Positions 13,579-24,076 of a stretch of DNA of 64,000 bases are shown here, piece by piece. The position numbers and the translations under genes are program-made. The notes below the pieces were generated by a model. It made no database searches. It worked only from the letters and a program-made list of their open reading frames with translations, and was not told where the DNA came from. How positions within the stretch are numbered: the stretch's first letter is position 1; each line of letters starts with the position of its first letter. This stretch comes from Coniocarpon cinnabarinum (taxonomy: Eukaryota), in the NCBI GenBank assembly GCA_051942205.1, contig JAVECO010000022.1, forward strand, positions 62,001 to 126,000, in the 5' to 3' direction.

Positions 13579-13894
13579 AGTCGGATATTGAAACCTTAAA
13601 ATTGGGCCACGGTCATTGAAGGGCGTTGTGGGGATTCAGTTTCAGTGGCGATGATGTGCATTGGCAAGGCCGGGTTTACGATTACGTGTAGAGATTGATT
13701 TCATGTGCAATGCAAACAGCGCACCAAGTAACTTCCCGTCAGAGTTACACTCGCTGCTCTAGAGTATTTGCAACCTCTTATCAGGCTTTTGCATAGAAAT
13801 TCCTCCCATGAACTGTCTGAAGCGACGCGTCGTTCTCATTAAATCAATTGTCTTGGCGCTTTGGCGACTCTCCCTTCTCACGCTCCTCTAGCGC

Positions 13895-14986
13895 ATGATG
13901 CCTCTGCCGACGCCCAGCGACTGTTTCACCTCTCCAGATGATTTTGCCCCTCCGCCGCGGCCTCCGCCCTTTCTGAAGCCCTGCCAGGTCGATCTGCTTG
14001 CCCGGCGTGGTCATCTCGCGGTGACGTTGCCTTCCAAGCTCCTCCAGCTTCACCAAGACCTTCAGGCGGCCAGCCGGGCCTTCTTTCAACTCTCTCACCA
14101 AGTCAAGAAGAGTTTGTTCCCAGCCTCACAAGGCACCGAGCTTGGCTACTACGATGTTGAAGACGAAAAGGAATATGTCACGATTCGACACGCAGATCAG
14201 GCCGAGCAAGGACTCGAGAGTCTCCGTAATGTGACGAGTAGCAACTTCACGGAGATTGCACAAGCGACAAGGCGGCTGGAGGACGCAACAAACCAAGTCT
14301 GGAGCCACACTGCTGCATTCCTGCATCGAGTTCTGTTGGATCTCGCACATCCTCTAAATATCGATCCAACTTCATGGGAGCCTATCCTAGATGGCTGCCT
14401 CACGATTCCGCCATCACGAGAAGCCGCGACGCCGACTCTGCTGCGCACCTTTCTCTATGAGCCAGATCGTGGCACAGCAGGTGCTCACAAAGACAACGGA
14501 ATCTTGACACTATGTGTTGGGAACGAAAGGGGTCTTCAGGTGTGGTGCGAGGACCCCGAGGGCTCTGAGACATACGGCGACGCACAGCACACTACGGAAC
14601 AGATCGAGAAGAATGGTTGTGCCAGAAGAGGGCGGTGGGAAGACGCGTCTGGCCCAACCATCCTCATAGGCGCCGCTCTGCATGCCTTGTCTGATGCTCG
14701 ACTGCCCGCCGGCGCTCATCGAGTCGTCGCCAACAGCAGCGGCCGACAAAGCATTGTTTTCGCTCTGCGGCCCAGCACTCGGCATGATCTTGACTTGGGC
14801 GACTTTGGCGCTCAGGGCACCGTTCCGATGCGACTATTTTGGCAGCGCATCATCAAAGGCCGAGTCAACGTCAATGCACAGAAAGCTATACGAGAGACGC
14901 AAGAGCGTGAGCGCCGCGAACGTCTTGGGCGGCGGCAGGAATCGATTGAAGGAGACTACGCTGAAACTGATGTTGTTGCGCATTAG
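13895..14986 (+). CDS. 2-oxoglutarate/Fe(II) dioxygenase (IPNS-like fold)
   Basis: HxD (AHKDNGILTL), distal His (AHRVV) and RxS (RQSIVF). Intronless, 363 aa. Confidence 0.85.
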   Translation: MMPLPTPSDCFTSPDDFAPPPRPPPFLKPCQVDLLARRGHLAVTLPSKLLQLHQDLQAASRAFFQLSHQVKKSLFPASQGTELGYYDVEDEKEYVTIRHADQAEQGLESLRNVTSSNFTEIAQATRRLEDATNQVWSHTAAFLHRVLLDLAHPLNIDPTSWEPILDGCLTIPPSREAATPTLLRTFLYEPDRGTAGAHKDNGILTLCVGNERGLQVWCEDPEGSETYGDAQHTTEQIEKNGCARRGRWEDASGPTILIGAALHALSDARLPAGAHRVVANSSGRQSIVFALRPSTRHDLDLGDFGAQGTVPMRLFWQRIIKGRVNVNAQKAIRETQERERRERLGRRQESIEGDYAETDVVAH

Positions 14987-15293
14987 CTTTGATGAATGCG
15001 CCTGGTCGGTATTGCTGGTGAGGCGCGGATATCGATCATGTGCTACGTGAACACTGCTGCGCTATTGCACCAAGCGCTGACCCGACGTCGACCGTTTACA
15101 AAGCTCGCCGACGGACCAATCTGCTCACGAAAGGTCCGAAGACAGGCACTACAGGTCCAAAAGAGGAACAAACAGCGCTTGGTTGAGTCTGCCGTAGATC
15201 CGTGCACCCCAACCTGCCGAGGCGCGCAGATCCACGTCTCACCTTTGGCCCTCTAGCTATATGTACTGACTTTGTCTCTCCCGCGACAACTAG

Positions 15294-15404
15294 GAGAAGC
15301 TAGGTGATTTTGGGACTTCCCGTATACTAGATCCGTCGATCTGGCACGGCGTCGACCGCCGGTCTTGCGGTGTTGGCCGTGACTTTCGACGACCCCGCCT
15401 ATAA
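15294..15404 (+). pseudogene. Protein kinase remnant
   Basis: After a branch point and TAG acceptor the frame reads EKLGDFGTSRIL...VDRRSCGV (subdomain VII- and IX-like), then stops. Confidence 0.35.
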
Positions 15405-17370
15405 ACACAGCCCGCGCGAGTGGGAAGCGGTGCAGGCTAAGATGAATTCATCAGTGATCGAGCCGCGACGGATGCTCAGTCTCGAACGAGATTGCCCGTC
15501 GTCGTCGATCGCGTCAAGGTGACTCCACCTCCTTCTGGCCGGAGTTCCTGCTCCCGTACTGATCTCAAAGGAACCAGGATGTGTCCAAATCTGCACGCTC
15601 GAGCCTCCACAACAGCCAGCTAATGTAGGTCCAGTGCCAGTGCCAGAGAGAATCTTGCAGCAGCCGAGCGCCCCGTTTGCCATGTGTGCCGACATTAGCT
15701 TGTGGGTTCCATCTTTAGCCACGTGCTGCAATGTCGCTGCAGAGGACCCATTTTAGCCACTCTTTCGCCTTCGCATTTCCTCCAATAGAACTCTTGGCCA
15801 CGCCAGTTGGGCGACCGACTCTCTCATCCGGTCTCCTCACGCCTTGCTCTGGAACTAACAACGTTGGATCCCCGCTACGAAAGCCGTCCAGGCTCAGTCA
15901 GTAGCGTCGGAGTTCTCCTCCGCTGAGGTGAAGCTTGGATACGCAACAATCGTAGCTCGACCTGGCAATGCCGTCTGCAATGTCTGTGCAAAATCACAAG
16001 GAGCACTAGGACCTGAGTGCAGGAGACTTCCGACGGCAGGAGCCTGAGCTTGAGAAACGGCCACCGGCGCGATTGTCTGCTCGTGACCGGCCCTGTACGG
16101 CCACGACAGGCGCGTGATGCCGCTTCATCACAGTCAAGGTCGAGCGGCGCTCATACTGAGAGGAAATGAGCATGTAGATGATGTCATGTCCGCTTGACTC
16201 TCTTGTCACCGGTTTGCGACAGCGTGGCATGTGCGCCGCTGTGCTCACTTCCTGGCGAGATTGATGTGTCGGATCGCCATGGGAAGACTGAGAACAGCCA
16301 CGTGTCGTCCTTGCCTACTGTTAGGTTGACGAGACCTATCTCCAGTAGTAACGTAATGGAAGCCATGGATGGACAAACTGGTCGAAGCCTGTATTCGTTA
16401 AATTGCATCCATTCTTGCAGCAGTCAACACACAGTGCTCGAGAAATCACATTGAACACGAACCACACAAATTCCATCACAATAAGTGATCAAAGTCCAGG
16501 GAAGAACACAATGAAGAACGCAACTTCAGACTCTTCTTTCTCCACCCAACTCCCACGCGTCCTTCCTTGCTTTCTTCCTCCATCCTTGATGTTCCTGTAG
16601 GAATGGCGTATCCGCAGTTCGTTCCTTCACGATCCTCGTTGTCACTTGTTTTTAAATCCTTGCAGCGTTCTTCAAACACCACGTGTCCTTCCTGACCGCT
16701 ATTCCTCCGCGGCTCCTCGCGAGGCGGCCCTGAGCTGCCTCCACTACCTTTCTCATATATTTCGCTCCTCATTTATCATTTATCATTTATCATTTCCTGC
16801 ATCGTTCTGCCAATGTCACTTTGGTTCTTCAGAACCTCCTCGCGCGTTTGGAGCGTCCGTCGTGACGCCGTTCTCAACGGGATATTCAACTCCCTGCCTG
16901 CGTCCCTCCATGCGTCCTTACCTAAGCTGCGACTCGACCTTGTCGGTCTTCAGCGCTTGTTTTTCCATTTCGACAATCTCCTTTTCCATTTCGACAATCG
17001 CCTTTTGATGTCGAGTGTTGCTTTTCAACGACGAATTGCATAGCTTTGTGAGTTGGTGAGATGTAGTTCCACTGAGATGTAATTTCACTGAGATGGAGAT
17101 TCACTGAGTCTCAGTGGTTGGAGTTGCTGAGCTCGACGACAGGTCATGAGCTGTTGTCACTGAGCTCGTGCGCTAGGTGTGATCGTAGACTTTGCCTCAC
17201 ACAGATTCTAATAGCCCAGAGTTCAACGGCTCTTCATGCAGAGTCCCGACGTCGACTCTTGATCTTCGTCTAGAATAGTATGGACGTGATTAAGGAGATG
17301 AACGGGAGGCAATGAACGAGATGAACAGGAGGTAATGAGACGGTTGGAGCCAGGAAGCTATGAAAGAGGT

Positions 17371-17440
17371 GGATATTAAGAGATGGACATTAAGAGATGG
17401 GCATTAAGAGATGGGCATTAAGAGATGGACATTAAGAGAT
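17371..17440. repeat. 14-bp tandem repeat, 5 copies
   Basis: GG(A/G)(C/T)ATTAAGAGAT five times. Confidence 0.95.
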
Positions 17441-17567
17441 GGGCCAAAGGACGCGTATTGGAGGTAGATCGAGATGTTCTTGACTGGAATAAAAGATGGG
17501 AGACTGTCTTGCACTGTCTTGCACCACTGTCTTGCACCACTGGCTTGCGAGGGTCAGCCCAAGACTC

Positions 17568-17757
17568 GAGGCTTGAAGACGATATCTAGTACGACATGAG
17601 GCTAGAAGACGATATCCAGGACAATGACTTGAGGCTAGAAGACAATACCTAGGAGAATAAATGAGGCTAGAAGACGATACCTCGTACGACATGAAGCTAG
17701 AAGACAATACCTAGTACGACATGAGGCTAGAAGACAATACCTAGTAGAATAAATGAG
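17568..17757. repeat. 30-33-bp minisatellite, 6 copies
   Basis: Consensus GAGGCTAGAAGAC(G/A)ATACCTAGTACGACAT; unit lengths 30, 33, 32, 30, 30, 32. Confidence 0.95.
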
Positions 17758-18265
17758 CCTTCTTATAAGCATCGAGGTATCATGTAGCACTTGCCTCGAT
17801 CTCCAGATGGTTTGTTGATGCTGGTGCAATAAAGGTGCTCAAGCGAGGGCAAGCATCGTTGATTCATACTCATTAAGTTCCTCGTCTTCGTCATATCCAT
17901 GGGGTCAAGTTCTTCGTGTTACATACGTCTTTCCGCCTCGTCACCTATGTTGAAAGCGTCTTCGCCCTGCGTAAATCTGGCGTCTTCTTCCATCCAATCG
18001 TGAATAGCTGTACCTGTTGCGACAAGACCGTCTTTGAACGGAGGCGTTAGCACGTTGTTGATGAGCGTGTCTTCGGATGCAGAAACTGCCCATGCGCGTG
18101 AGTGCACCCTGTCTGGAGAGAAGGAAGGGTCAGACTACCTTCATCGCGATGTCGAGGACGTGTATAGCTGTCAGTTCGTGAACTGAGCGTGTCAGGCTAG
18201 GGTCACGATATCAGCATTGTCATATCCATCATGTCTCATGAACTCGATGCGCGAATGATTTCGAG

Positions 18266-20201
18266 TCAAGAGTCCCCCATTCCAGCCTCATGATACACAT
18301 TCTCCTCAACCGTCTCCCCAGGCACGCACGTCAGAACCCCCTTCCGCACCCAAAACTCAATCTCCCTCGTCACCATCTCAAGCCCCATCCCACACGCCGC
18401 CATCATCTCCTTCACGCTCCACGCCGTCGCGCCGTCAAACAACTGTATCAGCGTTGCCTGCACCGTATTGCACTCCACCTCGGTCTCCCGGCCTCCCTGC
18501 TCAACACACAGAGTCACAGCCCCGAGGTGATTCAAAAACTCCAGTTTCCGCCCCGGCTGCACCCGTCCGAAGACGGCATTGTACCCCTCCTGCCATTTCG
18601 CAATCCGAGCCGGCACGTCGAAATCACTTGACGCATCGAGGTTCAGATCCCAGTAATGTTGCGAAATCACCAATAAACCGGGTGAATTCCAATCAGGCGC
18701 CGATCCTGCATCGAGATGATTCAACAAGTTGCGGCTTAGGAGTTGGGACGTGAGGACGTCTCGCACCATGATTTCGCAGGCTTGGATGTGCAGTTCTTCG
18801 AAGCGGGTCTGGAAGAGCTGCAGGAGCGTGATTTCCGGTGTGAAGTTTTCGACGCCGCGAGAGGCCGAGGAGAGCAGGCGGGTGGAGAGGACGGTCTGCA
18901 GTTCTGACAGAAAGTCGGTGCGGGAGGAGATGCCGACGACGTGGGCGATGGGGTCGAGGCTGCGATGTTCTTGGTGTCCTTGCGGGGCGTCGATGGGTTC
19001 GGGCATCCAGTTGGTGTCGGTGAGATCCATGCCTTCGTAGTACTCACGGTATTGATGACCGATGTCGTCGTCGAGACAAGCGGCGATGCCCGCGCAGAAA
19101 TCCTTACGGTCGCGTTTCAGATTGTCTTGGCCGTCACGGGAGGACTCGAGGAGTGAGAGAAGGACGATTCGCACGGCGTCAGGGCGGAGGGAGAGGTAGG
19201 ATTGCAGTGGGGAGGCGAGACGGCGGAGGACGACGCCGCTGGGGTCGAGATCGCGGAAGGTGCGGATGAGGCGGATGTAGATGCTCAGAATCGAGACGGT
19301 GGACACGTCGGCGTGGAGGATGCGGGACCAGAGGAGGTTTTCGAAGGTTGAGGCGAGGTTGTCGCGGCTTTTGGGTGTGGTTAGGTACTGCTGTGGCTTC
19401 GATTAGTCCTCGAATCAGTAGCTTCGAAGTTGAATGGTAGATACCTTCAGGAAGTCGTTGAATGGCTTGGTGGCCCTTGTCGTGGTCCACGGGTTGGACA
19501 GATCTTTGAACAATCCCACAGCTGCACGATGCCCCATCATACTCATAGCCTGTTCGTTTAACAACGCCACAGCTTGAGCGTCGATTCTTGTCCACGAGGT
19601 ACTCCACGGCACCAGGGAATCCTTAACGAAGTGAGTGATACGCTCCGCGAGTGACTCCTCCTCACTCGATACTTTGAATTGTAAAACCCACGCATCGATC
19701 AACTTCTCCATGGCGACCGCCCATGCTCGACCTACCCGGTCTCCTCCAAGTCCCACTTCATCGAGCGCGCGCAACAAGTACGAAAGAGACTTCCGCACCG
19801 ACTCAGCATCGCGTGGGAGGCCTCGTACAGACTCTCGCGCCGTCTCTCTCAGCCCAAAGAATCGAAGGGACGCCACGTAGATGACGAAAGCAACCGCGTT
19901 TTGATACCGTTCATGCGCCACCAGACTCAAGTGATACGCGTGCAGATTATCTGACGCCAGACGATCCGGAGGGTGCTCATCGTGAATTCGTAGTTTCCGG
20001 AGCTCTTCCACAGTCAGCTGCAGTAGTCTCAGAGTATCTTGACAGCGCAGCGGCTTGTTAGGTCAGCGTAATACAGCAAGCACGCGTCAATTCTGATACC
20101 TTCAGCCACGCTCGCCGCAGATCGTCCCCTTGTTTTCGAGCTTTCTTGATGTCGGTACTATTTTGGAATACATCTGAGAAGGCTCGTCGCGCGACTGACA
20201 T
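18266..20201 (-). CDS. APC2: Anaphase-promoting complex subunit 2-like cullin, apparently lacking the C-terminal WHB domain
   Basis: APC2 motifs STVSILSIYIRLIRTFRDLDPSGVVL, WMPEPIDA, IQACEIMVRD and ISQHYW. Exons 20201-20100, 20053-19445 and 19390-18266 give about 611 aa. Confidence 0.85.
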
Positions 20202-20898
20202 CGCGAGCAGTATAGCTTTAGATTACTCATGTACAGAAGTCATAGCTCATACTATCAGAACTCAGGGACAACGCGAAGTCACCTGACTTGTCCCCGCTCC
20301 CCGCTCCTATACGCACCCTCATCCCAGCGCCCACTAACTCCGAACCCTTCAAACACATCGCCTCAAAAATCCAAATGGATAACTCAAATCACTGAGTCAA
20401 GAAGATCAAAACGCACCAGCTCCGAAGCCGATCGGAGCACTTTTCAAAAGTTCGACCTCGGCGAGTTTGGCGAGCTTGGCGCTGTCGCTAATAAAGTCGG
20501 CGAGGGTGATTTTTGAATTTTGGACCGATCGAGCTGATTCGGGTATCATTCTACTCGTTGGGGAATTCTGAGTCGACTACGATCGAAACGAGTGCGGGGC
20601 GCGCAAAAATGGTGGTGGAAGGTTGTGGTGATGTATGAGCATGCTCTCCGCTACAAAGCAGCGTGTCACGTGTTAGCATGGTCTGAGGAAGACCACAGCA
20701 CAAGGCGCAGGACCTGAACTCTTAAGAAACCTTCATGGAACGGTTCAAAAGGCATTTTTACGACGCCGAAGCAACGGTGATTCAATGGGTATCTTCAAAC
20801 AATAAAGTTTCTGAAGTGAATGCCCCAACTCCACGCTCAGTGTTTTCATGACATGGACATCATATGTGCATTCCCTTCTCCCTCAGCTGCGATTGCAT

Positions 20899-23664
20899 TT
20901 ACAGCTCCAGCTTCCTCGTCCTGAATATCTCCACTTTTTCATCGGGAAACAGGATCTCCTTGATGTTGAAGATCACCTTGTCCTTCTCGTCCTCTCCCTC
21001 GCCCCACCCCTCTCCTTCCAAGTTCAGATCATCCTCGGATTCTTCCTCATCATTGTCAGTACTGACAGCGGCATTTGACTCGTCGCCATCGTCGATATCA
21101 ACATCCACCTCTCCATCGTCTTCCTCACTGCCCACAGACCCTGGTCCATGTGTCCAACCCGGCTGAACCTCGATGACTGGCGGGCGAGGTTCTTCGCTCG
21201 TCTTGCTTTCGAAGATCTCGTAGCATTGATTGTGCAAGGCAAAGTATGATAGTCCGATCTCAGGCCTGAAGGTTATTGCATCTGCAACTGAGTAGGCCAA
21301 GTCCTCTGCGTCATTCTTCCGTGGGGTTGGTGCAATACCGTCGTAACGAATCATGGGCACGTAAAGCGCGCGAAGCCTAGGCATCCGTGGGAGTCGACGT
21401 AGGAAGAAATGCCAGTCTTTGTAGTCGATGCTGACACAGAGCTCCTGTAGCCGTGACATAGCGCCAGACGTTATGTACGAAAGGATCTCGCGCGGAACAA
21501 TCCATTGCTGGTAGTAATGTGTTTCGTCATTAGTATTGAGGAATCCATTACGCTTCCGAGACGCTGAGTCGATTGTCAAAATTTCCAAGCTATTGCCATG
21601 CCGGCGTATGCCGCCCTTAAAAAGCTGCTTGACGCTCACTCGAGTGGGGTTTCTCTTGGAGTTTGAAGCATTTTCCTTGAGAATCAGCGTCTCCACGGAG
21701 TTTGGTGCCAATGTCTCTGCGAGGAGCTTGATGAAAACAGGTGACACGGCATCGGTCCGTATCCTGCGTAGAGCCAGCGGATAGTGCATTTGAAAGTAGC
21801 AAGTGCCATCTGCAGGTGGCTTCGGTGTAAAATGCCGACGAAGCAAGGCCCACAGATTGTCCGTCAAGGGGCAAGAAAGCAGAGTGAGTGTGGTCAGTCT
21901 GGTCCAGTCGAAGGCGCCCATGATGGTACTCATTGACAGAGAAATAAAGTTGAGTTCTAGTGCATCGAGTTGAAGTTTCTTGTTGCACATTTCGTACTCT
22001 TTGGAGGAGAGGTCCTCAGTGGTCGCGTTGGGGACTTCTCGAACCGATACTGTTCGCAGTTGGCCGTTGAGCTTTGTCAGGCGATCTGCAATATCGGAGG
22101 CATCGGAGTTGCCGTGACGTTCCGTCGTGAAAGCGTGCGCGCGTTCATATTCTTTGACCGAAAAGAATCGACCTGTCAACGTCCCTAGTACACCTCCTGC
22201 TCTTTTCTGTGAGCGAAGTGTGTTAGGCGATCTGAAGGCCTCGTACGGATCGGGAGCATCCGCGCCCTCCCACACTTCTTTCCAATCTCTCGGTCGACTG
22301 AACAGACCACCAGCAATACTCACTCGAAGGCTGCGAAGACAATGCCTGGATCGACCAATGAGCTCACTCATCTCGTAGAGGTATTGTGGGACATCAATCT
22401 CCACTACAGATAGGCTCTGCAGGGGTGGAAGAAGCGAGAAAGTTCGAAGTGGAAGGGAGACATTCTTGTGATTGGTTGACTTGTCGCGAGTCTGCATTTC
22501 CGGGGATGGAGGCGCATCGGCGGTCGGAGTCGGAAAGGGTGCCGCAGCGTGGTGGCCATGGTGAGGCGACACAGGTGGTGGGGGTGATGATGATCCAGGC
22601 GGGTGGGCCACTGACTGCGAACGGGGATATGGATCATACGCGTTCAGTCGCCTATCATGTATTCTGGGAGACGACAAGTCAGCATAGCTAAGCCAGAGGG
22701 TGTGGTATAGTTGACGTGTTGAGAATAGCAATAGTAGTGTTGACACGTACCTGATCCAGACCTTGGAAAGATTTGCATGCTTTCCACGGCCTGATGCCAG
22801 TGCCAGCCACACGTCGCGCGTTATACCAGTCGGCATGTCCCATTTGAAGTCTTCAAGCCTTTTGCAGCGACCAATCACCAGCGTGACCAGGGTGTTGAGC
22901 ATTTTACCAGCTTCTTTGTCAGCAGTGTAATCTTTCACAAATTGTGGCGGGCCATTGCCAATCGAGAGCTTGCGAATGAAGCGCGCGTAATTGTTCCCAA
23001 GTCTATACCTCTTGTATCGTATTGGCGTGTGATTTGTCTCTGCTTCATCACCATCCGCGAAACCGTCGGGACGATCGGTAGTGTATGATTCGTCCTGCTC
23101 ATCCTCGTGATCATCCCCCAAAGGAGGTTCAAACACCTCCTGCGCCAGGGCCAGAGTAGAGAGTCCGTAGGTCAAGGCGTCCACACCATGTCTATTTTCG
23201 TCAGGCTCGGCCTCGTCATCCGGCCAGACAATTTCAAAACGTTGATAGATGAATTCGACGGCAAGTGCGTGCAGGGTAGAGCACGTCAATGCGGCCACGT
23301 TGAGATCATTGCTATTGAGCTTGGCCTAGTCAGCAGCAAGCTGATTCGATGTCTTCAAGCTTCATACCTCGTTCAGGATCTGTCGTATAATGTCCATCGG
23401 AAGTTGCAGGAAGGGTCCAACGGTATTGTCGGCCATGGGCTTCATGTTTGCTTCGCTAGTGCCGTCTACCTGCCCGTTGGGTTTCGCTTCTAGCTTAGGT
23501 GCCTTGCGCTCGTTCTCGCTGACGCCTTCCGCCGACAGAGCGGCATCATCCTCTTGCTCTGCATCGCTAAGATCACGGTTGGAAGCGTCGCTGGTGTCAA
23601 TGTCGGAATCCAATTCAAGGAACTCTTCGCCAACGTCCAGCTCCGAATCAAGGCTATCGTCCAT
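20899..23664 (-). CDS. F-box protein with RNI/LRR-like region
   Basis: Splicing intron 23367-23320 gives the F-box FLQLPMDIIRQILNE|LNSNDLNVAALTCSTLH. A second, in-frame intron is likely at 22750-22664. Confidence 0.85.
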
Positions 23665-24076
23665 GCTGAATCATACGGTTTCATGCAAGGCTCTTGAGAC
23701 TCTGTGCGAACGTGCTGTGGGTCCAGGCAAATGCAGCAACGCCAGAAGCTGTCGGAAGAACATTTGACAAACGGAAGCCTGCGTGTTACGCAAAGTGTCG
23801 GTGCGCCACCACGAAGCCCCACCAATGCCACGCTCCAATGCAAGACAAGAAGAAGGCGAAAAGAAGGAACGAAGTAATAACTCTATTGATATTCGGTCGT
23901 GTAATGTTACATGGTTGCAGGCTCTTATAAGGGTAGCAACATCGCAAAGCAGCTACAGGGCTAAAGCCTGTATGACTGCCTGGTAGGTACGGCAGAGTCA
24001 CGTGCCTTCCGCGTTCTGTATGTTCTGCCTTCACGTATTTACTACACCCTTCGATCTCGCCATCTAGCATCCACTG

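Noticed and set aside
17568..17757. CRISPR-like repeat/spacer appearance
   Set aside because: The variable parts are only about 10 bp and are themselves repeated, there are no cas genes, and the context is eukaryotic.
19391..20099. GTATC donors in both APC2 introns, suggesting U12-type introns
   Set aside because: The donors are GTATCA and GTATCT, not GTATCCTT, and the branch sites are ordinary U2-type.
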